A stretch of 64,000 nucleotides of DNA from an uncultured Flavobacteriales bacterium (lineage in GTDB: Bacteria; Bacteroidota; Bacteroidia; Flavobacteriales; UBA7430): positions 135,854 through 199,853 of the forward strand of contig CALSTU010000002.1 in assembly GCA_943789355.1 (NCBI GenBank). Reading direction: 5' to 3'. A program made the translations under genes and the position numbers. The notes under the pieces are model-generated. The model was not told the origin of the DNA. It worked only from the letters and a program-made list of their open reading frames with translations, and searched no databases. Positions within the stretch are counted from its first letter, which is position 1. Each line of letters begins with the position of its first letter. Positions 29,759-39,312 of the stretch are shown here, piece by piece.

Positions 29759-31612
29759 ATGAAAGAAAATATATTTTTTACGATTTGTCTGTTGGTTTCA
29801 TCAATAATATTTGCACAGGAAAAACCCAGAAAAGACATCGATTTTATCGAAAAGATTACCAGAATGAGCCGATCAGTAGACAATAATTACATTTGGTCAG
29901 ATGATTTTTCAGATCCAAACACGTGGGTTATAGATCATGACCAGTCAAAATGTAATTTAGACTGGGAAATAGGAACTGATTTATCTTGTGGAGGTATTCA
30001 CCCCATAGAAACAATCGCCTCACCATCGTATGAAAATGGTTATGCCATGATTGATTCTGATGAATATGGAGGAGAAAATGCTGGAGCCGAAGTGGAAGAT
30101 TCATGGTTTACAACAGCAGACGCAATCAATCTATCAAACAACGAACGTATTGTTATTGAATTCGAAACATGGTATCAATCATTTTCAAGCGAAAAATGCT
30201 TCTTAGTGACAAGCACCACCAATGAAGATTGGCCACAGTTAGATCCAGACTTTGATGCCCGTACCAATCCAAATGTTTACGAAGTATTTCCAAGTATTTC
30301 AGGAGAACCAAGAGAAAACGTAGGCGCTAACCCCACCCTGTATCGAATAAACATAAGTGAATCTGCTGGAAATCAAGAAAAAGTCTGGATTCGTTTTCAC
30401 TGGACAGGCACATATGGCTATGCTTGGTTTATAGATGATGTTGCACTCATTGAGCAACCCAAAAATGACATCATTCTTAACTCTGCCTGGATGACGAATG
30501 GAAGTATCGTTGAGTATGGTCGAATTCCTGTTTCTCAAACAAGCGATACGCTTATATTGGGCGGAGTTGTGAGTAATTTTGGTATTGATGCACAAGAAAA
30601 TGTCCGTTTAAACGTGTCCATAAGAGATCAAAACGATAACGAAATTATTGACAATTCAGCCACGTTGCCTCTTTTGAAAAATGACAGCATCGCTATTTAT
30701 AGTTTGCCCACTGCCTCAAACATAACATCGGGTTCCTACCAATTAATAGCAAGTGCTAGTTCTGACTTAGACAATGATTCCATAGGAGATCATTACACAA
30801 CAAACAATACGTACACTCGAAACTTTGAAATTACAGACGAACTATATTCCGTTGATGGAATAGGTGTGTATGAAGAAAGTAAACGATCCCTATCATCTAT
30901 GGGTACAAACAGTTTTATTGAAGACCAAGATGGACTGGTTATGATGGTTTACTACAGAATCATAGAACAAACAGATGTATCGGGTATCGAAATTGCAATC
31001 ACAAAAGACACGGAACCGGGAGCCTATGCATACCCTTTTATCCTTGATGGTGAGGCAAGATTAAATGTAGATGTTTATGATGATCGAGTTACACAAAACA
31101 TGGAGGACAATATTGTCAAGCAATGGCATATTGATGCTGGAAAAATGTGGCTCCCCTTACCAAAAACTACGCTTAACCCGGGGGTGTATTATGCTTGTGT
31201 GGAACTATTTTCCGAATATGGAAAAAGCCACATCAACATTTACGACGATAATACGATCATTCAACCCGACGGTGTATCCAACATCTACTCACCTCATGAC
31301 GATCAAATATACACAAATGGCAATGCGTTTGCGATTCGACTTGGGCTGAATAACTTTGTCAATCTTGATGAAAAGCATCAAGAATCTTCACACATCTTCC
31401 CTAACCCTGCTACAAACGAATTTAGCGTTCGCTCAACAAAACCGTTTACCAAAGTTGAAATCATCAATGTGTTGGGTGAGATTGTATGTGTTAAAAAAAG
31501 AGACAGCAGACTTAGCGAAACATTTAATATCTCTGGAGAGGAGTCTGGCATATATCTTGTAAGGATATCTAATGAGATCACACAAACCACACAAAGGCTT
31601 GTCATTAAATAA
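29759..31612 (+). CDS. secreted T9SS cargo protein of unknown function (paralogue 1)
   Basis: 617 aa. Signal peptide, N-terminal WSDDFSDPNTW...LDWEIG...RFHWTG..WFIDDV module. C-terminus IFPNPATNEFSV...VEIINVLGE...GIYLVRISNEITQTTQRLVIK is a T9SS CTD. Confidence 0.8.
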   Translation: MKENIFFTICLLVSSIIFAQEKPRKDIDFIEKITRMSRSVDNNYIWSDDFSDPNTWVIDHDQSKCNLDWEIGTDLSCGGIHPIETIASPSYENGYAMIDSDEYGGENAGAEVEDSWFTTADAINLSNNERIVIEFETWYQSFSSEKCFLVTSTTNEDWPQLDPDFDARTNPNVYEVFPSISGEPRENVGANPTLYRINISESAGNQEKVWIRFHWTGTYGYAWFIDDVALIEQPKNDIILNSAWMTNGSIVEYGRIPVSQTSDTLILGGVVSNFGIDAQENVRLNVSIRDQNDNEIIDNSATLPLLKNDSIAIYSLPTASNITSGSYQLIASASSDLDNDSIGDHYTTNNTYTRNFEITDELYSVDGIGVYEESKRSLSSMGTNSFIEDQDGLVMMVYYRIIEQTDVSGIEIAITKDTEPGAYAYPFILDGEARLNVDVYDDRVTQNMEDNIVKQWHIDAGKMWLPLPKTTLNPGVYYACVELFSEYGKSHINIYDDNTIIQPDGVSNIYSPHDDQIYTNGNAFAIRLGLNNFVNLDEKHQESSHIFPNPATNEFSVRSTKPFTKVEIINVLGEIVCVKKRDSRLSETFNISGEESGIYLVRISNEITQTTQRLVIK

Positions 31613-31630
31613 ATAGAAAAATAACAGCAA

Positions 31631-31672
31631 AAAAGGCCCCTCCAAACTCGTTTTGCAGGGGCTTTTTTTTTT
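31631..31672 (+). terminator. rho-independent terminator after paralogue 1
   Basis: GCCCCT ... AGGGGC stem with a 15-nt loop, followed by T10. Confidence 0.65.
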
Positions 31673-31788
31673 AGTGTTTCATTACAAGATTTATTTGTAT
31701 GTGAAGCATCTCTATAATATACAGCCTGTAAATAATAAATAAAAATTTGTGCATGTAATTTATTACCAATCAATAAAACCATTTTATT

Positions 31789-33690
31789 ATGAAAAAAATT
31801 AACTTATTAATGATTTATGCAAGTACCATCTCCTTAATGGTTGCTCAAAATGTAGCACTAGAAAAAGTGAACATTACACAAGAAGAACTCCGAACTACAA
31901 AAACATTAAACTACACTCCATCTACAAACGACAGGAACCCACTTCAAACAGCAGCCACGCCATTGTGGTCTGATGATTTCTCAGATCCAACTACTTGGAC
32001 ATTGGGTCATGCTCCCGGTAGTAATTTAGACTGGGTCATTGGTAGAGGATTCGATACAGAAAATCCGTTATCAACAATCAACTCTTCGAGTAAATTAAAT
32101 GGCTTTGCTTTTTTAGACTCCTACAGATATACTCTTGATAACGAAAATGAAGTACAATCTTCATGGATCACTACCGCTTCACCTATTAATCTTAGCAGCA
32201 GTGAAAATCTGGTCCTGCAGTTTGAAACCTATCATTATAATTTTCAATCTAAGTGTTATGTTGTCATCAGTTCAACAAATGAGAATTGGCCCGACTTAAA
32301 TCCAAACTTTGATGCAGAAACAGATGACAGAGTGTATGAACTATTTGAGGGAGTAGAAATATTTGATGGTGTTAGAAAAAACCCTACGCTAACCCGCTTA
32401 AACATAAGTAAAATTGCAGGAGGTGAAGAAAATATTTGGGTTCGTTTTCATTGGACCGGAAAAGCTTATACCTGGCTTATTGACGATGTATCTATCAATG
32501 AACAACCAAACAATGACATCGTTATGAACACTGGATTTATTAGCAGCGATGGATTGGAATATGGGCGAATTCCTGTAACTCAGCAGAAAGTAGAATACTT
32601 ACTTAGAGGAGAAGTCTTTAATTTCGGGAGCGAAGACCAGACGGACGTGCAAATGAACATGAAGGTCTTGGATTCCAACAATAACGAGATGTTTGGTACC
32701 ATTGTCTCTAGTGATTTGATAAAAAAAGACAGCACATACCTACTTCAAAACTTTGTTCGTGACTTTAATCCCTTGGAACCGGATAACTACAAATTAGATT
32801 TCACTGTATCATCAGGGATGGATAAAGAAGGTGGAGCTAACTTCACGAACAACCAATATAAAAGAAACTTTCAAATCACGAAAGATTTGTATTCATTAGA
32901 TGGAATTGGTATTTATGAGATTGCTTTTTTGAAAAGTGAATATGGAACAGCACGATTCCAAAACAATTCCGATGGTCTTGTTTTAATGACCATGTACAAC
33001 ATAACAGAGCCTACAAAAATTTCAGGTTTGGAAGTTGGTATCGCTTCAGGCTCGAAGGAAAATGCAGAAATCTCTCCTTTTATCCTCACTCTTGACGCAG
33101 TAAATAATAAAACATTTTATGATCGTATTGTTGAAAGTGAAACACCTGTCAAACTATCACAAGAAATTGTAGGTGAAACGGATATAACCAAACGTTTTAT
33201 ATTCGCTCCCCTTCCATCTACAACACTTCAACCAGGTACATATTTTGCCTGCGTTGAATTGTTCTCAAACAACAATCAAAATGACGTCTTTGTTCTCGAC
33301 GACATCACCATTGCTCAAAACTTAAATGCCAGCATGATCTACTTGCCCAACAACGCAGATGAGCTAACCAGTGCAGGAGCATACAGCGATGGGAATGCTT
33401 TTGCCATTCGGCTTGGACTTGACGAATACTTTGTGGGTACAGAAGAAAAAACACCCTTAGACTTTTCAATATTCCCAAATCCTTCAAACGGATTATTTAC
33501 AATCAACTACCCGGCAAATGAAACGTACAAAGTTGAAATAATCAATATTCTAGGTGAAGTTTTATCTGTTAGGAATGTAAAAGAAACCCTCAACGAGACC
33601 ATTGACATGAGAAACTATAACCCTGGATTGTACTTTGTGAAAACATCCAATGGAAAGGCTGAAAGCACAAAGAAAGTCATCATAAAATAA
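31789..33690 (+). CDS. secreted T9SS cargo protein of unknown function (paralogue 2)
   Basis: 633 aa. Collinear with 29759..31612 (shared blocks are listed in the findings). C-terminus IFPNPSNGLFTI...VEIINILGE...GLYFVKTSNGKAESTKKVIIK. Confidence 0.8.
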   Translation: MKKINLLMIYASTISLMVAQNVALEKVNITQEELRTTKTLNYTPSTNDRNPLQTAATPLWSDDFSDPTTWTLGHAPGSNLDWVIGRGFDTENPLSTINSSSKLNGFAFLDSYRYTLDNENEVQSSWITTASPINLSSSENLVLQFETYHYNFQSKCYVVISSTNENWPDLNPNFDAETDDRVYELFEGVEIFDGVRKNPTLTRLNISKIAGGEENIWVRFHWTGKAYTWLIDDVSINEQPNNDIVMNTGFISSDGLEYGRIPVTQQKVEYLLRGEVFNFGSEDQTDVQMNMKVLDSNNNEMFGTIVSSDLIKKDSTYLLQNFVRDFNPLEPDNYKLDFTVSSGMDKEGGANFTNNQYKRNFQITKDLYSLDGIGIYEIAFLKSEYGTARFQNNSDGLVLMTMYNITEPTKISGLEVGIASGSKENAEISPFILTLDAVNNKTFYDRIVESETPVKLSQEIVGETDITKRFIFAPLPSTTLQPGTYFACVELFSNNNQNDVFVLDDITIAQNLNASMIYLPNNADELTSAGAYSDGNAFAIRLGLDEYFVGTEEKTPLDFSIFPNPSNGLFTINYPANETYKVEIINILGEVLSVRNVKETLNETIDMRNYNPGLYFVKTSNGKAESTKKVIIK

Positions 33691-33702
33691 TTCTCATCTC
33701 AC

Positions 33703-33737
33703 AAAAAAAAGAGCTCCAATTGGAGCTCTTTTTTTTT
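33703..33737. terminator. bidirectional rho-independent terminator
   Basis: A8-GAGCTCCAATTGGAGCTC-T9: a perfect 18-nt palindrome between convergent genes. Confidence 0.85.
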
Positions 33738-33752
33738 ATCGTAATCATTCGA

Positions 33753-34508
33753 TCACCTATTCTTTGCTTTAATCGTCTTAAACAATTCAGAAGAAAACAC
33801 AAAATCCTGTAAATCTTGATGATCCGCATTTAAAATTGCTGCTTTAGTTCCTTGCCAAGACATTTGCCCATCTTTTATAAAAAGTATCCGATCCCCAATT
33901 TCCATCACAGAGTTCATATCGTGGGTGTTGATCACGGTAGTCATACCATACTCATAGGTTAGTTCCTGTAAGAGATTATCAATAAGAATAGCTGTATAAG
34001 GATCGAGACCCGAATTGGGTTCATCACAAAATAAATATTTGGGGTTTAAAACAATGGCTCTCGCTATAGCAACACGCTTTTTCATTCCTCCACTAATCTC
34101 GGATGGAAACAAGTGATTTACATTTTCAAGATTTACTCGCTTTAAACAGAAATTTACACGATCCAACATATCTGACTTATTCATGTCAGAAAACAATTGA
34201 AGCGGAAACAATACATTTTGCTCAATATTCATTGAATCAAAAAGTGCACCACCCTGAAATACCATACCTACTTGGTTGCGCAATCTTTTTAACTTTTTTG
34301 ACGACAGGTCAACAATATCATTGCCATCAAATAAAATAGACCCATTTTCCGGTTTGTGCAGACCCAAAAGGCATTTTAAGAGAACCGTCTTTCCTGAACC
34401 GCTCTGACCAATAATCAAATTTGTTTGCCCTTCTTCAAAGATAAATGAGAGATCTTTAAGAATTTCTTTACCATTAAAAGACTTGGATATATTTAAAAGC
34501 TCAATCAT
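33753..34508 (-). CDS. ABC transporter ATP-binding protein, MlaF-like
   Basis: Start moved to ATG 34508 (MIELLNISKSF), which gives an ATGA overlap with the permease stop. Walker A GQSGSGKT and signature SGGMKKRVAIARA. Confidence 0.85.
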   Translation of the reverse strand: MIELLNISKSFNGKEILKDLSFIFEEGQTNLIIGQSGSGKTVLLKCLLGLHKPENGSILFDGNDIVDLSSKKLKRLRNQVGMVFQGGALFDSMNIEQNVLFPLQLFSDMNKSDMLDRVNFCLKRVNLENVNHLFPSEISGGMKKRVAIARAIVLNPKYLFCDEPNSGLDPYTAILIDNLLQELTYEYGMTTVINTHDMNSVMEIGDRILFIKDGQMSWQGTKAAILNADHQDLQDFVFSSELFKTIKAKNR

Positions 34509-35248
34509 GATCTTAGTAATAATTGAGTTAGCAAATAGTTGCAAACGATGATCACAACAGAACTATAAACAACTGCCTTGGTACTCGACTTACCGACCTC
34601 TAGCGCACCACCATCAGTATAATAACCATGATAAGATGAAATTGTTGCGATGACAAATGCAAATAAGGTTGTCTTAATAAGAGCATACAAAGTTTTAAAG
34701 GGAATAAAATCATATTGTATGCCGGCAATAAATTCTGCAGCTGTAGATTCACCAGAAAATATAACGGCTAACAAGCCTCCTAATACCCCAACAAACATAC
34801 TCATACAAATAAGCAGGGGATTAAAAAACATCAAAGCGAAAATCTTGGGTCGCACCAAATAAGTTACCGGGTTCACCCCCATGACTTCCAAAGCATCGAT
34901 CTGTTCTGTAACTCTCATAGTACCTATACTAGAAGCTATATTAGAGCCTATTTTACCCGCCAACAACAAACTGATGATTGTCGGAGAAAACTCTAATATG
35001 ATAGCATCTCTTGTTGCGTAGCCTATCAAATAACGAGGCATCCAACCTCCCTCCATGTTAGCAGCTGTCTGGAGAGACACTACGGCGCCTACAAAGAGTG
35101 AAACAAAAATCACAAACAAGACCGACTTTAATCCCAATTCTGAAATTTCTTTAAGTATAAGGCGATACATAACGGATCGTCTTTCTGGTTTACTAAAAAC
35201 CGCGCTGATGAACAGGACATACCTTCCTAAAGAAGTAATTAGACTCAT
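34505..35248 (-). CDS. ABC transporter permease, MlaE-like
   Basis: 247 aa, multi-pass. MlaE/Ttg2B-like pattern (..EQIDALEVMGVNPV..). Confidence 0.8.
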   Translation of the reverse strand: MSLITSLGRYVLFISAVFSKPERRSVMYRLILKEISELGLKSVLFVIFVSLFVGAVVSLQTAANMEGGWMPRYLIGYATRDAIILEFSPTIISLLLAGKIGSNIASSIGTMRVTEQIDALEVMGVNPVTYLVRPKIFALMFFNPLLICMSMFVGVLGGLLAVIFSGESTAAEFIAGIQYDFIPFKTLYALIKTTLFAFVIATISSYHGYYTDGGALEVGKSSTKAVVYSSVVIIVCNYLLTQLLLRS

Positions 35249-35321
35249 GACAGATTTTTTTCTAAAATAAGCGTAAATTTATCGAATCTTTAAGCATTCG
35301 TTCAATTTTATACATTTTGAA

Positions 35322-35474
35322 ATGAAAATATTCAAACCAAAACAATATTACACCTACATAATTATAATTTTCACCTCTATTTTTCTGAACTCCTGCTCCG
35401 TATTTAAATCATGTGATTGTCCAGGACTTGGATTTAATGACACGTCTCTCGAAAAAAGTGAAAATCCCTCCTAA
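35322..35474 (+). CDS. possible 50-aa lipoprotein (below track threshold)
   Basis: Own translation gives MKIFKPKQYYTYIIIIFTSIFLNSCSVFKSCDCPGLGFNDTSLEKSENPS. It has a hydrophobic signal with a lipobox-like LNSC and a Cys-rich mature part. Coding status is unproven. Confidence 0.3.
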   Translation: MKIFKPKQYYTYIIIIFTSIFLNSCSVFKSCDCPGLGFNDTSLEKSENPS

Positions 35475-35638
35475 AATTATTAAAGGATAAAGCAATTCAT
35501 CAATGATACTAAAGAATCAAAGAAGAAAACCATATCCATCCGTAAGAATTTATAAATCATCACGATTTTCCAATCAAGTGATAATAAATGATGCAAAGTA
35601 TTCGTTTTGCTTTGTGATTGATAAGTAAACAAGAAAAA

Positions 35639-35932
35639 ATGGGAAAAATCAGCCGTAATGAAGTGAAAAAAATGTGGTATGTATTCACGATGCTTCTCCT
35701 CTTAACAGTCCTAGAACTGGGAGTAAGTATCACTCAACCGTTCAATGAAAACACCATGAAGTGGGGTCTAATTGTTTTAATTACTGCAAAAGTATTGTAC
35801 ACCCTATCCTATTTCATTTATCTGAAACAAAAAAAGAAAAAATTCATCACCGTAATGTTATTTCCTTCATTACTTATCCTTCCTTTCATAACGTTTGTGA
35901 TTTTAATGGAAAAAGGTGTCATAAACATATGA
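35639..35932 (+). CDS. small 3-TM membrane protein resembling prokaryotic cytochrome c oxidase subunit IV family (orphan)
   Basis: 97 aa from ATG 35639. VKKMWYVFTMLLLLTVLELGVS..., then two more TM helices. The layout is recalled from the COX4_pro family. There are no cox genes nearby. Confidence 0.4.
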   Translation: MGKISRNEVKKMWYVFTMLLLLTVLELGVSITQPFNENTMKWGLIVLITAKVLYTLSYFIYLKQKKKKFITVMLFPSLLILPFITFVILMEKGVINI

Positions 35933-36069
35933 CCACATTCTCGAACGAATCAGACCACTTACAGCATGAGAATTAAAGCGCTATACCTATCAAAGAAATT
36001 GCAAGAGGAAGGTTTCAAACATACACCCATCTGCTTATTTGTAACTTTATAAAAATTAAATAGCTGTTT

Positions 36070-37380
36070 ATGAAAGTTTTACATTTTTTAATTTTTATCG
36101 TCACCCTCTCAAATCTTCAAGCACAACAAATTTGGAGTTTAAATGACTGTGTCGATTATGCATTAAAAAACAACCTTTCTTTAAAACAAAATGAACTAAA
36201 TATTCAGCAAAAAGAAGTTCGGAAGATGCATTCCAAAATGCAACTGCTTCCTACAATCAATTCAAACAGTTCTTTTAATAAAAATGAAGGTCGCTACATC
36301 AATCCACTCACGAATGATTTTGTAGAGGAAATCAGCAATTCGTTAAACCTTTCACTAACAACCAACATCACCCTTTTTAGTGGCTTCAAAAACATCAATC
36401 AGTTAAAGAAAGATGCCAACGAACATTTAAAAAGTATTTATGATCTTGAGACAGCAAAAAATAATTTAATTACAACCATAGCACTCAGTTACCTTCAAAT
36501 ACTCTTCAATGACGAATTGCATCAAACCGCTTTAAAGCAATTTGAATTAACAAAAAACCAAGAAAATAGGATTCAAACCCTAGTACTTGCAGGATCCATA
36601 GCTAAAGGTGAACTCCTAAACATTCAATCTCAAAGAGCGCTAGAAGAACAGCGGTTAACGCAAGCTGAAAACCAATTAAGTCTATCCAAGCTTCAGTTAG
36701 CCCAATTACTAGAGATAAAAAATCACCAAAACTTAGAAGTATTAAAACTTGATTTAGACATTCCTAGAATAAAGATCATGGACGGTATTGAAAGTGATTA
36801 TGAGAAAGCTTTAAAAATACAAAGCAGCATAAAATCAAGCGAGCTTCAAGTAACCAGTGCTTTATATGACCTTAAGATAGCGAAGTCAAACTATGCTCCA
36901 AATATCGTTTTAGGTCATAGAACCAGTAGTGTGTATGCAGATAATGCTGTGGGATACTCATTTGAAGAGCAACTAAGAAATAACAAACAATCCGGAATCT
37001 ACCTAAATCTGAATATTCCTATATTTAATCAGTGGGCAGCTCATAACGCTGTAAATCAAAGTAAAATTCAAATCGAAAACAACCGTTTGATTGCGCAACA
37101 AGCAAAAAATGAATTGCGTAAAAACATGGAACAAGCTCATGCGGATCAGCTCGCCTCTTACAAAAGGTATCAAGCGGCAACGAAATCTGTACTAGCATCA
37201 AAAGAGTCCTATGCATATACTACGGAGCGTTATGAATTAGGCATGGTAAACAGCTATGAGTATAACGAATCTAAAAACAAACTCATTTCGTCAGAATCCG
37301 ATAAATTACAAGCAAAATACGACCTGATTTTTAAGGTGAAATTATATGAATTCTACACCCTTCAATCCTTTCAATTATGA
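36070..37380 (+). CDS. TolC-family outer membrane efflux protein
   Basis: 436 aa. Signal peptide and a two-fold repeated OEP helical/beta layout (SLNDCVDYALKNNLSLKQ...). Confidence 0.85.
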   Translation: MKVLHFLIFIVTLSNLQAQQIWSLNDCVDYALKNNLSLKQNELNIQQKEVRKMHSKMQLLPTINSNSSFNKNEGRYINPLTNDFVEEISNSLNLSLTTNITLFSGFKNINQLKKDANEHLKSIYDLETAKNNLITTIALSYLQILFNDELHQTALKQFELTKNQENRIQTLVLAGSIAKGELLNIQSQRALEEQRLTQAENQLSLSKLQLAQLLEIKNHQNLEVLKLDLDIPRIKIMDGIESDYEKALKIQSSIKSSELQVTSALYDLKIAKSNYAPNIVLGHRTSSVYADNAVGYSFEEQLRNNKQSGIYLNLNIPIFNQWAAHNAVNQSKIQIENNRLIAQQAKNELRKNMEQAHADQLASYKRYQAATKSVLASKESYAYTTERYELGMVNSYEYNESKNKLISSESDKLQAKYDLIFKVKLYEFYTLQSFQL

Positions 37381-38624
37381 CTCGAAAATCAATCATCATA
37401 CTAACAACAATACTTCTTTTCATTCTTCTTGTAATCGTCAAGAAAAAGGGATATCTCGGTGGTGAAAAACCCTTGATTGTCAAAACAGAACAAGTGTTTG
37501 TAGGATCCATCACGGAAACCGTACCTGCCGATGGTAAAATACAACCTGAAATAGAGATTAAAATCTCACCAGATGTATCGGGAGAAATTATTGAACTCAA
37601 GGTCAAAGAAGGAGACTGGGTCAATCAAAATGATTTACTCCTTCGGATCAATCCTGAGATTTACGCAGCAAATCTCGACCGCATGGAAGCCAGTCTAAAT
37701 AATATAAAGGCCCAGTTAGCGCAACAAAAAGCGCAATTAAAAGACGCAGAGATTAAGTTCACAAGGAACGCAAGTCTTTTCGAAAAGGGAGCTATTTCAT
37801 CCACTGAATATGAAACGAGTCAAAACAATTATGAGTTGGCTCAATTGGCTGTCAAAGCTTCTTATCACAATGTCGAAAGTTCTGAAGCCGCAGTGAAAGA
37901 AGTACAAAACAACCTAAACAGAACTTCAATCTTTGCTCCAATATCAGGCACGATTTCCAGACTCAACGTTGAACAAGGAGAGCGCGTTGTTGGCACAGCA
38001 CAAATGACTGGAACTGAACTACTTCGAATTGCCGACTTTAACCAAATGGAAGTTATTGTTGATGTGAGTGAAAATGACATCATGAGGGTTAATCTTAATG
38101 ATCGGGCTGAAGTAAGAATTGATGCTTACAGCAAAGATGTCTTTGAAGGAGAAGTTACAGAAATTGCGAACTCTGCGAACCTGGTTGGAACATCAGCAGA
38201 TCAAGTAACGAATTTTGAAGTGAAAGTTAGAATACTAAAATCTTCCTACGAGAAACAACTAAAAACACACAAGCACCCATTTCGACCGGGGATGACAGCA
38301 TCAGTAGATATCGTTACATCGGTTAAGCATGATATAAAACTACTCTCTATACAATCCGTAACTACACGAAAAGATAGCAGCGACTATTCGATCATCACTA
38401 CGGAGGATCCTGAAAGAGATCAGACTGAAGAAGCCTTTGAATGTGTGTTTGTTGCTCAAAACGGAAAAGCTCACTTAAAATCTATTGAGACGGGTATTCA
38501 AGACGATCAAAATATTGAAATTGTAAAAGGCCTTTATGTAGGACAAGAAGTAATTACGGCACCTTACAGCGCCGTTTCAAAGAAACTTAGCAATCAAAAA
38601 AATGTTCAGGTAGAAAATAAATAA
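37377..38624 (+). CDS. HlyD/MacA-type periplasmic adaptor (membrane fusion protein)
   Basis: 415 aa. N-terminal TM anchor, lipoyl-like segments flanking a coiled-coil hairpin, and a beta-barrel segment (IFAPISGTISRLNVEQGERV). ATGA overlap with the TolC stop. Confidence 0.85.
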   Translation: MTRKSIIILTTILLFILLVIVKKKGYLGGEKPLIVKTEQVFVGSITETVPADGKIQPEIEIKISPDVSGEIIELKVKEGDWVNQNDLLLRINPEIYAANLDRMEASLNNIKAQLAQQKAQLKDAEIKFTRNASLFEKGAISSTEYETSQNNYELAQLAVKASYHNVESSEAAVKEVQNNLNRTSIFAPISGTISRLNVEQGERVVGTAQMTGTELLRIADFNQMEVIVDVSENDIMRVNLNDRAEVRIDAYSKDVFEGEVTEIANSANLVGTSADQVTNFEVKVRILKSSYEKQLKTHKHPFRPGMTASVDIVTSVKHDIKLLSIQSVTTRKDSSDYSIITTEDPERDQTEEAFECVFVAQNGKAHLKSIETGIQDDQNIEIVKGLYVGQEVITAPYSAVSKKLSNQKNVQVENK

Positions 38625-38625
38625 A

Positions 38626-39312
38626 ATGGCTCTATTACTCATTCTAGAAACAGCAACAAAAAACTGTTCAATAGCCTTATCAGAAAATGGACATGTTATA
38701 GAATCCATTGATTTTAATGATGGACATTTCTCCCACTCAGAAAAACTACATGTTTTCATAGAAGAAATTTGTATTAAATCAGGAAGAAAACTAAACAAAC
38801 TAGATGCCATTGCTGTAAGTAAAGGTCCAGGGTCATACACAGGGCTTCGCATAGGGGTTTCTGCAGCAAAAGGGCTTTGTTATGGACTCAACATCCCACT
38901 CATTAGTTTAGAAACACTTGAGATTCTGTCCAGAACTTATGCTTCAAATTGTAAAGTTAGTAGCAAAGACCTCATCATCCCCATGATTGATGCAAGAAGA
39001 ATGGAAGTCTACACCGCAGTGTTTGACTCCAAATTCAAGAAAATAAAGGATACTGAAGCTCTAATCTTGAAAGAAGATTCTTTTGATGAATTCCTGAATA
39101 AGTCAGTTTGTCATTTCATTGGAGATGGTGCTGAAAAATCAAAAGAACTTTATGAAAAAGAAAATTCAAAATTTGAATCTTCCTTGTATCCATCGGCAGC
39201 GGCAGTAGCAAAACTAGCTCAAATTGCCTACGACAAAAGTGAATTTGAAAATGTAGCTTATTTCGAACCTTATTATCTAAAAGATTTCGTTGACGGTAAA
39301 AAAGGAGCCTAA
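38626..39312 (+). CDS. tsaB: tRNA t6A37 biosynthesis protein TsaB
   Basis: 228 aa. MALLLILETATKNCSIAL N-terminus and SKGPGSYTGLRIG motif. Starts 1 nt after the MFP stop. Confidence 0.85.
   Translation: MALLLILETATKNCSIALSENGHVIESIDFNDGHFSHSEKLHVFIEEICIKSGRKLNKLDAIAVSKGPGSYTGLRIGVSAAKGLCYGLNIPLISLETLEILSRTYASNCKVSSKDLIIPMIDARRMEVYTAVFDSKFKKIKDTEALILKEDSFDEFLNKSVCHFIGDGAEKSKELYEKENSKFESSLYPSAAAVAKLAQIAYDKSEFENVAYFEPYYLKDFVDGKKGA

Noticed and set aside
31378-31782. A 134-aa minus-strand ORF spanning the 3' end of paralogue 1, its terminator and the promoter region of paralogue 2.
   Set aside because: It runs antisense through a well-supported CTD-coding region and a terminator hairpin. Its composition is odd and it has no start context. 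It is most likely spurious.
33753-38624. The idea that the MlaE/MlaF-type ABC pair and the divergent TolC-MFP pair form one novel tripartite exporter.
   Set aside because: The pairs are separated by about 820 nt and two small ORFs and are transcribed in opposite directions. MlaE-type permeases are not known to engage MFP/TolC. No MlaD/MCE or MacB-type component is present to support either model. Proximity alone is insufficient.
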